Shown piece by piece: positions 14,985 through 29,088 of a stretch of 64,000 nt of DNA. The position numbers and the translations under genes are program-made. This stretch comes from Octopus vulgaris. Lineage: Eukaryota. The first letter of the stretch is position 1. Each line of letters opens with the position of its first letter. Under the pieces are notes generated by a model that was not told the DNA's origin, did not search any database, and was given only the letters and a program-made list of their open reading frames with translations. Location of the stretch: contig OX597832.1 of NCBI GenBank assembly GCA_951406725.2, positions 20,708,001 through 20,772,000 on the forward strand, in the 5' to 3' direction.

Positions 14985-15336
14985 CGTTTGTATATGTGTG
15001 TAAATGAGGAATTTAAAACTAACAGCAAAAAAGTAACATGGTGTTTTTTTCTTCTATCCTTTTCAAATAACAATAAAATAATAAACTAAAGCTGAAGAAA
15101 AAAAAATGGCAGGAACTAAGAGAAAGTATTATTTGTAATGAACAGTGAGATAATGAAAATGACGCCAGCAATTAGCAGTACATAAAACTATCGCATCATT
15201 CTCAAGAGAGATGACTGTAAGAGCCAGGAAAAAAAAAAAACTCTGAACAAATAGAAAATGAAATAAATAAATAAATGATAATAACATCAATAATAATAAT
15301 AATAATAATGATGACAATAACAATAATGACAATAAC

Positions 15337-15367
<31 letters not shown>

Positions 15368-15814
15368 GTAATAATAATAGTAATAATAATAATAATAATA
15401 ATAGTAATAATAATAAAGTTGACGATGATAAAGATGAAGTAAAGCAGGCTTTTTTTTTTGTAAGACAAAGCTTCCTCATATTGCCACCACACAAACACAG
15501 ACACACACACAGAAATAAAGAAAAATTCGTAATGGATGTAATACGTATTAAAGGAGTCTGATGTGCGGGTAAACGAATCGCTTCGGAGCTGAGAAGGAAA
15601 CACCTCCTAAAGGGGCTAAAAAAAATTGCATGAATTTATACAAATACACGTATAGATTCAGATGTATATGCACCCGCTTTGCATATATGAAATGAAACTA
15701 TATTTTATATGTATATATGTGTGTATACATCTATATATATACATATATATATAAACATATATACATCCATATATCAGTATGTCTCTATCCCTCTCTCTCT
15801 CTATATATATATAT

Positions 15815-15967
15815 AATTAGTGTACCTTTATACACAAAAGAGGTGACCTTAATAGGACACCTTACATGCTAAAAGGAACAGTCAAAGCCCAAAGCTTTGA
15901 CTGTTCCTTTCAACATGTAAGGTGTCCTGTGAAGGTTACCTGTTTTATGTATAAATGTACACTAATT
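15815..15967. repeat. 153-bp palindrome (74-bp arms, 5-nt loop)
   Basis: The arms differ at about 8 of 74 positions by eye. Loop ccaaa. Confidence 0.92.
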
Positions 15968-16051
15968 TTATATGAAAAATGTGTTGTCTGTTGACTATTT
16001 TATGCATGCTAGCTACTGGTAGAAAAATTTTTCTACTCGATATATATTGTC

Positions 16052-16147
<96 letters not shown>

Positions 16148-16890
16148 TTCATACATATATATATACATATGTGCAAATTTCAACATATACGTATATAAAT
16201 ACATACATAGGTCATATATATATATATATACATACATACATACATGCATACATACCTACAGTCACATATAGACATAGAATGCATTTGTATGAAGAAATTA
16301 TTTTCATCCTCAAAAAACAAAGTCAGACAACAAAGCAAGCGTATATGCGCACATTTTGGGTAACACACGTACGAAAAGAAATACTAATCCAAAAGAGAAA
16401 TGCATGTGTTAACAGGAGATGGTATTGTAATAAGACACAATACATTATATTATGCAACAGGCTCTCTGTCCGAAGTTTCTAAACAGAACTAAATATAATT
16501 ATATAGACACACATTCGACACGATGCCCACTAACAGATATAAGCTTGTGTGCTGAAATCTGAACATAATTTTAAACGTAGAAAATAATATATAGTAACAT
16601 ACAAATATTTTATATCCAGTCAACCACAGTTGAAACACTCCTGTCACAACCTGGGAGCTTGAAGACTGCTTTAATGCAAGAAAGTATACTAGTCCCTTAA
16701 TATTTTATATTCAATATTTCATCTATTCAATAAAACAATCGATACTTCATTTTATTATGCTATATATATTATTTATACTATATATTGTATATTCTACATT
16801 AATACTATAAAGAATATAAATAAGACATAAAAAACAGAGTTGGAATTCCTTTGAATGATACATATCCCTCTATACACAATCATACAAACC

Positions 16891-16959
<69 letters not shown>

Positions 16960-16981
16960 TAAGTGGGTGTTTGTTCTTTCT

Positions 16982-17393
<412 letters not shown>

Positions 17394-17774
17394 CTTCGAT
17401 TAAAACCACCAATAGAAGAGAATATGACCAAAGAAATGCGTGTATTCCATCCTATGCATTTGTGGTAGGTTATACAATGGCGAAACATGCCACCCCCTCA
17501 AAATATGGGTAGACGAACTTCGCAAAGCTGTGACAAGAGGAGATATTGATAAATCGGGTATAGCTGACCATGTGTGGAATAATGGAGACCACCTCCCCCT
17601 GTGGGGTGAAGTTAAAATAATAGACAGAGAACACCACTAAAAATACGAAAACTAAATGAAGCAGCACGTGTGTTCGGACGCAACAACCTCCTAAACAGAC
17701 CGAGTGTAGATATAGTTATGAGTAGCGTATGGGAGCCGATATTAAAGAAGGATAGGAAAATATTAGATTTATAA
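17394..17774 (+). pseudogene. Penelope-like element C-terminal GIY-YIG endonuclease remnant
   Basis: Reads [52 protein letters not shown]...KIIDREHH*, then after a frameshift IRKLNEAARVFGRNNLLNR...ILDL*. The VY..C.C...Y.GET, R/K..E and LN pattern fits PLE GIY-YIG domains. It carries a stop and frameshifts. Confidence 0.85.
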
Positions 17775-17788
17775 GACCTAAAATAAAT

Positions 17789-18108
17789 TCACTGCATATG
17801 GCGTAGTGGTTAAGAGTGTGGGCTACTAACCCCAAGATTCTGAGTTCGATTCCAGGTAGTATCCAGAATAAGAATTATGATAATAATAATAATAGTAATA
17901 ATAATGGTAATAATAATAATAGTAATAATAATAATAATAATAATGATAGCAACAACAACATCGAAAAATACCTTAGGAATGGGAACCCAGGTTCGAAATA
18001 TCCCCAGGGCACCTGATGAAGGCTGGAGGGTATATCAGCCGATACGTTGGTGTTAACAACAAACAAGATGTGGACAAATATCCGTCAAATGTAAATAACG
18101 TAAATAAT
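17789..18108 (+). mobile_element. Composite unit: tRNA-like head + (AAT)n + hammerhead-bearing tail (copy 1)
   Basis: A-box tggcgtagtgg at 17799-17809, B-box gagttcgattcc at 17842-17853. The tail is homologous to 61278-61426. Confidence 0.85.
18008..18054 (+). ncRNA. Minimal type I hammerhead ribozyme motif (mutated copy)
   Basis: ggcac-CTGATGA-a-GGCTG-gagggtatat-CAGCC-GAtAC-GTT-ggtgtt. GAAA reads GATA in this copy. Confidence 0.75.
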
Positions 18109-18501
18109 TTCTATTTTAATTCAAAAACTTAATTCGTGAAAGAATCAAATTATTTCAAAAACCTATTGCTGTAGTTATCTATTGATACTCTGAACACAGA
18201 GTGTATATAGAAACAATGAGACTTAAAACAATATTCTTACGCTTCTTTCGTACATTCGTACAAGGATTCTGTAGAGATGATCTATGTGCCAAACTGACAT
18301 CACGTGATTTAAAGTCAATTTGACCGTTTGCTCTACAGTCTCTGAAGACTTGAAGATGTTTATCTGATTGTGAGGTTATGAATTACATCGCAAAATTTTC
18401 ATTAATGATATGCGCGTAAGAATTTATTCAGTACACAAAAAGCTTCTCACATTTCTTCTATTGCTTTAATTTACATACACACGTACGTATACACAGAAAC
18501 A

Positions 18502-18545
<44 letters not shown>

Positions 18546-19199
18546 AAATAGGCATAAATACATATAGTTACACATACATGAATATGTGCATATACATATG
18601 CAAATACGCTCAGATAATGGTATGTATATCTTTATGTTTGTTTGTGTGTGTGCATGTGTCGGTGTGTGTGATGTGGTGTGTACGTGCGTCATTATATGTT
18701 TAATATTATAAGCGTGTCTTTTATTAAATCTCTAACAGGAATATTTAGCTGTTGTGAAATCATTAAGAGGTGTGAATGATATAACTGCTATAATGGCGAG
18801 GAAGGTGAAAACGCCAAACAGGGAAAGGTTCCGGTGCTGTTGTTTGTTTAAATTAAATTTTGGGAGGAGAAACAAACAAAATGAAACGGGCGATTTACTC
18901 CTGAAACAAACAAAATAGATGAAACACAGCATCATCATCATCCTCATCATTAGAAACAGCATCAGCTAACAGAATAGCTGAATGATTAATTTTTATTTGT
19001 CTTTGTTTTAACGATGGTTCTTCTAGTTCAACGCTCGACAGCATAAGATAACCGTGACAGGGGAAGAAAAAAAACGGTAAAGAAAATATTTAGAAGAAGA
19101 AGAACAACAACAACAACATCAACAGCTAAAAGACAACAGGAACGACAGCAATAATAATGCTAATAATAAAGTCACTAATAATAATCTCAAGAAAAACAC

Positions 19200-19203
19200 A
19201 GCA

Positions 19204-19274
<71 letters not shown>

Positions 19275-19282
19275 GATAATAG

Positions 19283-19317
<35 letters not shown>

Positions 19318-19452
19318 CTAACAATAATAATAATAATAATAATAATAACTATAATAATAATAATGATAATAATAATAATAATGATAATAATAACAATAAT
19401 AATGATAAACATAATAATAATAATAATAATAATAACAATAATAATGATAATC

Positions 19453-19485
<33 letters not shown>
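19200..19485. repeat. (AAT)n microsatellite
   Basis: Directly visible. Confidence 0.95.
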
Positions 19486-19653
19486 GTAGTATTTTTATTG
19501 TTTCTGTTATCATCATTATCGCTGTTGTCATTTTCTTGTTAATATTGTAATTATTGTTGTTATTGTAACTGTTGGTATGGACGTTATTGATACCATCAGC
19601 ATTACGATTTTTCTTTGTATATCATCCCCTTCATCCTCCGCTGTAGCAGTAGC

Positions 19654-19708
<55 letters not shown>

Positions 19709-20526
19709 ACAGTAGTAGTAGTAGTAGTAGTAGTAGCTGTTCTTGTTGTTGTTGTTTTTGTTTGGGTATTGTTATATAACGAAACTCAAAAGTGAGCTTG
19801 AATACAGATTTGAGATATGGCGGACAAGTGACAAAAACGAAAAAGCATGCATCAAACATAGACACACATGCACACACCCGTACACAGACACACACATACA
19901 CACACTCACATCTCTCTCTCTCTCTCTTTCTCACACACACACACTCCCATATACACACACACGGATTAACTTTTCCCAACCCCGCCAAAAAATTGAGGCA
20001 AAATATTACGTAAACATGCATGGGGTTAATTTTTCTTTTCTCTCCCTTAATCGTTATCAAGCTTCTTCAAAAAATATTTCACTTGTTGTTGTTCTTGTTC
20101 TGCTTGTCATTGTTGATACTATTGCAGCTATCATTGTTGTTGTTGCTGTCGACGATTTATTTCTTGTTTGAGGTTTTTACGCTTTTGTTCCTCCCTTTAA
20201 TTTTGAAAAGAATTTTTACAAAATTCTGTGAAAAGATTTTTGCGAAAAGACAATATGGAGGTATTTTCCTTTCCTTTCTTCTCAGTTTCTTTGTTATCTG
20301 GAACATTATGGAGAGTATCATTTAATTATAAGCTACTGCTTTGGGTTGGTTTGGAGGTCGAAGAGGAATTTGATAAACTTTTCTTTTTTTCTTTTTTGGT
20401 TTTTACAGAATGTTGATCAGGCATGTTTGCAAGAAATTTGCTTCTCATTTACATGGTCTCGGGTTCCATTCTGTGCCACCTTGGCCAAGCTTCTTCTACA
20501 ACAGTTTCAGTGACTGAAGCAAGTTG

Positions 20527-20573
<47 letters not shown>

Positions 20574-20716
20574 ACCATTCTGCTGTAAGACCTCTTTATA
20601 AATGTTCTGGTATCTTTCACAGCCTTGGATTATAGTACAATATAATATAATATATTTATGTATACAATATATTATAATGTAACGTAATATATATACATAT
20701 ATAAAATATATATATA

Positions 20717-20759
<43 letters not shown>

Positions 20760-20897
20760 TATAATTTAGGGTATCTAAAAGATACCACAACGCTTGAAAT
20801 AGCAGCCAAAACTTGACTCTAAATCACATTAAATGTTAATACACCACCAGGGGAGAAGACAAAAAGACAAAATAAACTAGCAAAAAATTACTGGATA

Positions 20898-20955
20898 ATT
20901 CGAGATCCCGGATTTCTGATTCTAAATAAGAAATGCTTTGCCTCATCAGTTGAAT
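20898..20955 (-). ncRNA. Minimal hammerhead ribozyme motif
   Basis: Minus strand: attcaa-CTGATGA-g...-GAA-ATCC-g-GGAT-C-tcgaat. Core intact, palindromic stem III, stem I 5 of 6 paired, stem II decayed. Confidence 0.6.
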
Positions 20956-21974
20956 ATACACAGCACATAAATACAAGTGTATATATACATATATATATAT
21001 ATATATAACATGCGAATACTTACATATACGAACGTATACATACATATATATGCACGTATGCACACGACTAGTTTCAATTGCCCGCCTAAAACTCCACGTG
21101 CGACACGGTCAAATATATCACCGCAGTGAATATAAGGATGAAATAAATATATAAATTTATATAAATAGGATCAGATCGTTATTTAAATATCGAACTTATC
21201 AAGTGCCCAGCATGGGAATAAAAACCTTCGCATGCCAGATTAGTGAATTATTGATACTTGTGTCCTATTAATATTTTCCCTCCCATTTTAATGTTTTCTT
21301 AATTTAGCCGCCCTAATTATTGTTATTTACATAGATTTTATAATGCAAACGGCGCCCAAGATTTTCGAAATTTTCAGTAAATTTCTTATGCAAAACTTAA
21401 TGAGATTGGACTTACAATATTTAAAATAAACATAGAAATGAATGGTCTTGTGATGCGTAATGAATTAGTAACGAAGGTTTGTGATGACAACATAATAAAC
21501 ATATTATCTCCACGTGATAAATTTCTTGCAGATATTTTTCTTCATACATTTCTTACAGATAAATCCTTCTTTGTCAGGAAATCAACGGTGCCGTGTAGAC
21601 ATACGTAAACTTATCGTCTGCAAACATGTAAAAGCCTGGCATTAACGTAGGGTAGACATTTGTGAACGCATCGTCTGCTTCAGTAAAGAGAAATGTAAGC
21701 ACTTTGAAAATAACGCATCGTCTGCGTCGGGTGAGACATGAAACCTTGTTTACAAGTATATAGACACATGTAAACACCACTCTGTAATTTTCTTGATATA
21801 ATTTGGATAGAAATCTATAGATATCATTCGTAGTACAAAGTAGCATTATTACCAAAATATAACAATGTTATCGAAGCTTGATATAAACTGACGAATCATA
21901 GCAACAATGCATTCCATACTAATCCTTCATTGTAGTCTTCATTTAATTTTATTTATTTATTTATTTATTTATTT

Positions 21975-22259
21975 ATGTGCCCTTTTGAAGCCTAGCCAGG
22001 CTCATGCACCTGGTTTCCCGGTTTCTGTGGCGTATGTTTTCCCCGCAGCTGAGCAGCGTTATTCAAGAAAGAGGAAGAAAGAGTGAGAGAAAGTTGGGGC
22101 GAAAGAGTACAACGGGGGTCGCCACCACCCCCTGCCGGAGCCTCGTGGAACTTTAGGTGTTTTTGCTCATTAAACATACACAACGCCCGGTCTAGAAATC
22201 GAAACCGCGATCCTCCGACCGTATGTCCACTGCCCTAACCACTAGGCCTTTGCGCCTCC
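21975..22259 (-). mobile_element. tRNA-derived SINE family C, tail type 1
   Basis: Minus head ggaggcgcaaaggcctagtggttaggg...gtttcgatttc. (TATT)n lies at the 3' end (about 21950-21975). Confidence 0.88.
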
Positions 22260-22307
22260 GTCTTCATTTAATAGTAGAAATATTTTAACAACGTTTAAGT
22301 CGAAAAT

Positions 22308-22712
22308 CTGGCAGATCATTGGCATTTCGCCAGTTTTTACGTTCTTAGTTCGAAATCCGCTCAGGTTAAATTTGGCTTTTATCCTTTCGAGGTCGATAAT
22401 ATAAGTTCCAATTAAGCTCTGGGATCTATATAATCAGCGTACAACTTCCCCAGAAATTACGGCCTTATGCCAAAATTTGGAACGAATATTTTAACAACGC
22501 TTTCTGATTTAGACACGAAGCCTGCAATTTCTTTTGAGTGTAATAGTGGACACCATCGCCTTCAGTATTTGAGTAGGACTTTATTTTCTCAACTCATGAA
22601 AAATAAATGTTCAAGTTTACCTCTGCGGGATTAAAATTCAGAGAGTAGCGAGCCGGAAGAAATACCGCAAAGTAGTTTTCCCAAAATATAAAAATTCTGC
22701 CAGCTCGCTGCC
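22308..22712. mobile_element. Two old SINE family D copies, tail to tail (plus about 22308-22487, minus about 22505-22712)
   Basis: gttcgaaatccgc...atcctttcgaggtcgata on plus, and ctctgcgggatt...ttctgccagctcgc on minus. Confidence 0.65.
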
Positions 22713-23242
22713 GTGTGTTTCGATATCACTTCAATGAGAAAACAGAGCCATGGTTGGCTATTTAAAGTAGATCCATTTGAAACTAAGAATAGTTAACCAT
22801 CGACGTTATTTGTTGATGTTAGTTTTGTTACTGTTGCTGTTTAACGAAGGTCAAATGTCCCCTAATAGAAAGTTGGTAGGTGTTGCGAACGTAACGAGCT
22901 CATATTTTAGTAGGTTTATTATGTACATGGAGCACTTATATTATGCAATGTGACCTTTTGTTTGAAACACGAAACGGAGAAATGAGTGGATTATAATAGC
23001 TGTTTCTAGGAGGTAGAGAACTGCATGGAGATTCTTAATAAGAAATACTATGGAATCATGCTAAGACTCCCTAATCAGGAACAACATATTGCGTGATAAA
23101 GTAACTGTTACTATACTTAAGTGCGAGTCATTCCATCTCTCTGTAAAACTATAATAAAATAGCACTTATCGTATACTTATGTTAACGCCATCCACTTCGA
23201 TGAAGTCTACACGGGCGTAGCGCATCGACCATGTTTTCGACT

Positions 23243-23432
23243 CTTGGCACAAGGCCATCAACTTCAGTAGAGGAATATGTCAATTAGACTGATCCCAGTG
23301 CTCAGCTGGTACTTATTTCTTCACCAACGAAACGATGACAGGCAAAAGTCGACTCGAATTTGAACGCAGAGCGTGAAGACGGACGAAATACCACTGAGCA
23401 ATTTGCCGCTGTGCTAACGATTTTACCAGCTT
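23243..23432 (-). mobile_element. Old SINE family D copy
   Basis: ggcacaaggcc...cccagtgctcagctggtacttattt...gacgaaatacc...gctaacgattttaccagc. Confidence 0.7.
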
Positions 23433-23609
23433 AAGACCTTACGTAGCCAACATATATTACCCAAGTATATTATCGTACATGTATGCTCTTTGATGATAGT
23501 ATCTAGAGTTAGTAACTGTCTTAACATCTATCGAATATCATAGCCGTAGTCATAAAACAATGTGTTAGAGGTAGGTGAAGACATTTTCTGTAATTTATTA
23601 GACCACATA

Positions 23610-24290
23610 TAATTTAACAAATATACAGCACGTTCTCGATAAGATTCGTAATAACGTTAGGTTCAGTAGCTGCTTCAATGCAGGGCCGGAGACGCTGACT
23701 TGCCTCCATTAAACAGTTCTTCTCATCTTTGGTCATCGCCGGAACTATGGTGATCTTCAAAAAAGCTAGAGCACCATTGTTAGAACCAATTACCTTTCCT
23801 TTCAGCAACTCTCCCAAAGTTGAAGTCCATGGAATTTAAATCTGGTGAGTTTAGAGGTCTCAGATTTGGTGTTACATAATCGTTTGTGATGTGGGCTTCG
23901 TAAGAAGGTTTGTTGAAATACGTTAGCCTTCCACGATGTACATCATTCATACAGGGCTTTATATCTTTCTCCAGCAGTTCAACATAACCAACAGCATTAA
24001 CACTAAGACCAAGGCATCATATTACCTTACATCCGTGGAAATATGTGAGGTAGCATGATATGCGATTCTAAAACAATCACAGTTGCTCAAAACTTAGAGT
24101 GAATCACTCAAAGGACATCAGAAGGATCAGCACATAACCATTTATCGTTTTCCCTGTCAGATATTTGTTCGCGTTCGGAGCTTGCTTCATCAGAAAACAA
24201 TCAAATCATGCCATATTCGTGACGGATTTGAAGCTTGTTAAGTAACCGTTTTCTACAAAAGAAACTGTCTCCTGTGACTTTTCGGATATG
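23610..24290 (-). pseudogene. Decayed IS630-Tc1-mariner transposase (DD37D/maT-like)
   Basis: The minus strand gives VNAVGYVELLEKDIKP, VFQQ, DYVTPNLRPLNSPDLNSMDF (a WPPNSPDLNPLD-type motif) and QRLRPCIEA, with frameshifts. Confidence 0.75.
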
Positions 24291-24304
24291 AACATTTTAG
24301 TGCC

Positions 24305-24463
24305 CCCCACCCCACCAGTTTTCGACTTGTACTTATTTTATCAAACTCAAAAGGATGAAATGAAAAAAATTGACCGCAGCAGGAATTGAACTTAGAACGT
24401 GAAGACGTATGAAATGCCGCTAAGCGTTTTGCCCGACGTGCAAACCATTTTACCAGTTCGCCA
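24305..24463 (-). mobile_element. Old SINE family D copy
   Basis: gtacttattttatc...aaggatgaaa...ggaattgaacttagaacg...gaaatgccgctaagc. Confidence 0.7.
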
Positions 24464-25033
24464 TCTTAACCAGTACAAAAAGCGCAAGAGGTTTGTTCCA
24501 TGCTCTAACGAATCTACTGGTTTGGCCTTGGAAGATGATGATGATGATGTGATGGTGGTGGTGGTGGAGGTAGTGGTTATGATGGTGATGGTGGTGGTGC
24601 TGGTACTGATTTCCGTTGACAACGATGGCGACGATATCATCATCATGAAGACGATATCGATATTGACGCTGCTGCTACTGCTGATAAATGATGATGATGA
24701 TTATGATGACGTCGACGACGACGACGAGGATCATGATGATGACGACGACGATGATCATGACGACCATGATGATTATGTATGATGATCGAGATGGTCGCGA
24801 TTATGATGATGATCGTGATGAGCATCATAACCATCATTATGATGATGATAATGATGATCCTCATCATAATCATCGTCATCGCCATCATCATCATCATCAT
24901 AGTTAGCGTCAGGATGCTGATAATATATTTAATCACAGTAATCTTCATCATAATCGTAATTTAGACGAAGAAGGAAAAGATGAACTCGACGTTTGTTTTA
25001 CATAAACGAAACAAAAAACGGAAACAAAACAAC

Positions 25034-25111
<78 letters not shown>

Positions 25112-25439
25112 ACGAAAAATAATGCAGAGAAAAGAAAGTAACGAAAAGAGAAATAAATATATAAATTAAATAATAAACAAACAATCAAAATAAATGGACG
25201 TAGAAGCGAAAACTACAGAAACAAAAACGGATAAACAAAAATATAAATAGAAACAGTGGCCAACAGAGCAATAGAGATCGTATTACAAATCTAATTGGCA
25301 CTAAGTGATTCCGCTATTAGGAAAAACAATTTGTATGTTCATCCATAGTTTGCTGGGGTTTTATTTTTTCTATAATATTTGTTAGTTTTTATTATCAATG
25401 TTAATTTTACATCTGTTTGGTATTTTCCCCCCTAACCGT

Positions 25440-26030
25440 TGTGTATGTATGTATGTATGTATGTATGTATGTATACATGTATGTATGTATGTATGTATGT
25501 ATGTATGTATGTATGTATGTATGTATGTATGTATGTATGTATGTATGTATGTATGTATGTATGTATGTATGTATGTATGTATGTATGTATGTATGTATGC
25601 ATGCATGTATGTATGTATGTATGTATGTATGTATGTATGTATGTATGTATGTATGTATGTATGCATGTATGTATGTATGTATGTATGTATGTATGTATGT
25701 ATGTATGTATGTATGTATGTATGTATGTATGTATGTATGTATGTATGTATGTATGTATGTATGTATGTATGTATGTATGTATGTATTTATGTATGTTTGT
25801 ATGTATGTATGTATGTATGTATGTATGTATGTATGTATTTATGTATGTTTGTATGTATGTATTTATGTATGTTTGTATGTGTGTATGTATGTATGTATGT
25901 ATGTATGCATGCATGTATGTATGTATGTATGTATGTATTTATGTATGTTTGTATGTGTGTATGTATGTATGTATATATGCATGTGTAAGTATGTATGCAT
26001 GTTTATATGTATGTATGCATTTATGTATCT
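25440..26030. repeat. (ATGT)n microsatellite, about 590 bp
   Basis: Directly visible. Source of the MYVC/HTYI ORFs. Confidence 0.97.
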
Positions 26031-26077
26031 GTTTTTACGTTCATAATTATATGTATACATATCTATATAAACGTACG

Positions 26078-26301
26078 TATTTATGTATGTGTGTAGTTGT
26101 GTGTATATGTGTGTGTTATTTTCAGACATATACATACACAAACATACACATATATTGATAAATATAAACATATATGCGTGTGTGTGCGTGTGCGTGTGTA
26201 TGTATGTGTGTGTGTGTGTGTGCATATATGTGTATGTTTGTGTATGTATATGTCTGAAAATAACACACACATATACACACAACTACACACATACATAAAT
26301 A
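26078..26301. repeat. Perfect 78-bp inverted repeat with 68-bp spacer
   Basis: 26078-26155 is the exact reverse complement of 26224-26301. Confidence 0.92.
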
Positions 26302-26428
26302 TACGCATATAGCTATAGATTGATATATAAGTAAATAGATAGATAGAGGGAGAGACAAACAGACAGACTGACAGAAAAAGAGAGAGAGGTAGGTATGTAG
26401 GTAAGTAGGCAGGCAGATATATATAGAA

Positions 26429-26471
<43 letters not shown>

Positions 26472-26573
26472 AAGAGAGAGAGAGAGATAGATAGAGAGAT
26501 AGATAGATAGAGAGATAGACAGACAGATAGATAGATAGATAGATAGACAGATAGATAGATAGACAGACAGACT

Positions 26574-26652
<79 letters not shown>

Positions 26653-26958
26653 GGATAGATAGATAGACATATAGATATCCTAACATACATATTCATGGAT
26701 ACATTGCATATACGTGTATGTATGCCGGAAAGCTGATTTCTCTTCACAGTTATTGTTGTTGTTGATGCTGTTGTTATCGTCGCTGATGTTGTTGTCGATG
26801 TTGTTGTTGTTGATTTGTTTTTGTGCTTATTAGTGTTGCTGTCACTGCTGATTCTTGCTGTTGTTCCAAACATTAATTTCCACACGATCCTCTCCCAGCC
26901 TGGAACCTTCACTCACCCGCTTCTCTTTCCTTTTCCTCCCCCACCCTCTCTCTCTGTT

Positions 26959-27007
<49 letters not shown>

Positions 27008-27487
27008 GCTTATTCCTCCGTCTCTTGCTCAATCACTTATCTTCTCTAATGTTAATGTTGCGAGGCAGACATCATCATCCCTCGACCAATTTGTCTCATT
27101 TACAAATCCAGTGAATCTTGTAGACCGCAGAGCGAGCAGAAAAAAATAAAAACCAAAAACAAAAAGCAAAAAAAAAAAAAACGCAAATAAATAAAACAAA
27201 ATAAACATAAACAAAACATATAACGTAAAAAAAGAAATTAAATAAAACAAAGAAAATATAAACGTAAAGACAAATAAACGTGGAAAATATATAAACAAAT
27301 ACGGAAATAAATAGACAGAAATCCAGCGAATCAGTTACGTTGGAAGAACACGCGGGAGTTAATCACTCAACTGTGATTACAGCTCACTCGTACTCCTCAG
27401 ATTTAGGCCCATTACTATATATGTAGTTAGATATATATATGTCTATATATATATCTGTGTGTGTCTGTGTTAATGTGTGTGTGTGCC

Positions 27488-27523
<36 letters not shown>

Positions 27524-28293
27524 AATATACGTGCGGATATAGGTTTTAATCCATACACATATTTTAAAATTACATACTATATTTCTAGGTTTGTATACAT
27601 ATATATGATTGTATGCTGTTGATAGAGGAACAGGCATATAATAACGCTAGTGTGTACGTATATAATTATATAGATCCTTAAGAAAATGCGTTCGCAAAAC
27701 CTACAGACACGCACACATACACACACCAGCATTTGAACATAGTTATATAGATAAGTAGATACATACGTAACTGCTTGTTTCATTGAATTATAACAAAACG
27801 TACTCTTGTATACTATGCATACGTCCGCATGTCTCAATGCATACATTCCTCCAATGAACTGACCTGTCTTCCACTACGGAGGACAGTATATACGATACAG
27901 TCCCCGGGAAACCGGCAATATGAACCCGTGGGTCTCTAAGTACCGTTGGTATTTTTTTTAATATAGACACACAGATGTAAAGAATATACATTTATATACA
28001 TTAGACATGGTCTCTCTCACTTTCTCCCCATTCATCAGCCTCTTGTACTATCTTATATCTCTCCCTACCACTACACACTCAATAATACTATAAAAAGGGT
28101 CAACATCCCTGCAAAAATTTGGATCAATTTGAAGACTCCACTAGAATGGACGAAATTGCTGAATATAATATATGATGTATAAAAACATTTAACATATTAA
28201 TAAATGAAACCATCCGGATTTCTGAGTACCCCATTTCTTCTAATATATAATACCTGTACATCATCTCCAAACCTTCTAATACATTTATATAAA

Positions 28294-28332
<39 letters not shown>

Positions 28333-28338
<6 letters not shown>

Positions 28339-28608
28339 ATCACGTGACCGACTAGACCATCAGATGTTGCTACACATCGCTGGTCACAATGCGTTCGCAA
28401 TGTTTTTTAGCCTTCGAATGACGCCACCCCGCTGGCTAAGCAAGCAGGCCAACAGAAGAAAGAGTGAGAGAAAGAGGGATCACCACCCCCTGCCGGAGCC
28501 TCGTGGAGCTTTAAGGTGTTTTCGCTCAATAACGGCCGGTCTGGGAATCGAAACCGCGATCCTTCGACCGCGAGTTCGGTGCCCTAACCACTAGGCCATT
28601 GCGCCTCC
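28333..28608 (-). mobile_element. tRNA-derived SINE family C, tail type 2
   Basis: Same head and middle as 21975-22259 (ccccctgccggagcctcgtgga; cctaaccactaggccattgcgcctcc) but an unrelated tail (cacgtgatcacgtgaccg...). Confidence 0.88.
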
Positions 28609-29088
28609 ACATATATATATAATATTAATTCGAGACAAAACCACTATTTTGCAAAACAAACAAGGAAAGACTTAATCAATACATAAAAATTTTAATATAA
28701 AATAAATAAACCGCCACTACAATTATATATATATATATATATGCATGTTATAAATATGTTTTGAACAGGTTCATGTTTCCCGAAATTTTCGTGAAGGCAC
28801 GACCTTCTAGGCTTCGAATAGCTGCTAATCCTACGAATTCTGGTTTATTTATTAATCATGTTTAAGTAAAATATTTCCAGCGAAAGGAGCTTATGTGTAC
28901 GCCAGTCTATGCTTTAACACATGTATTCATTTATGAACGCATGTATGTATGTATGTGGTGCATGCATGTATGCACGTGTGCTTGTCTGACTACCCTGGCA
29001 TATTTCTTTACTGCTGCTTGCAATGCTGCGAGAAATGTGGCGAAACCCACACATCGTCTTCCTGCAACGACTTTAATTTTTTTTCTAT

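Noticed and set aside
17789-17861. Functional tRNA gene (apparent ACT anticodon)
   Set aside because: The stems are imperfect, there is no oligo-T terminator, and it is embedded in a repeated composite element. Treated as a tRNA-derived head.
28123-28164. Possible hammerhead (ttgaaga-c-tcca...tgga-cgaaa)
   Set aside because: No convincing stem I or stem III. Too degenerate to call.
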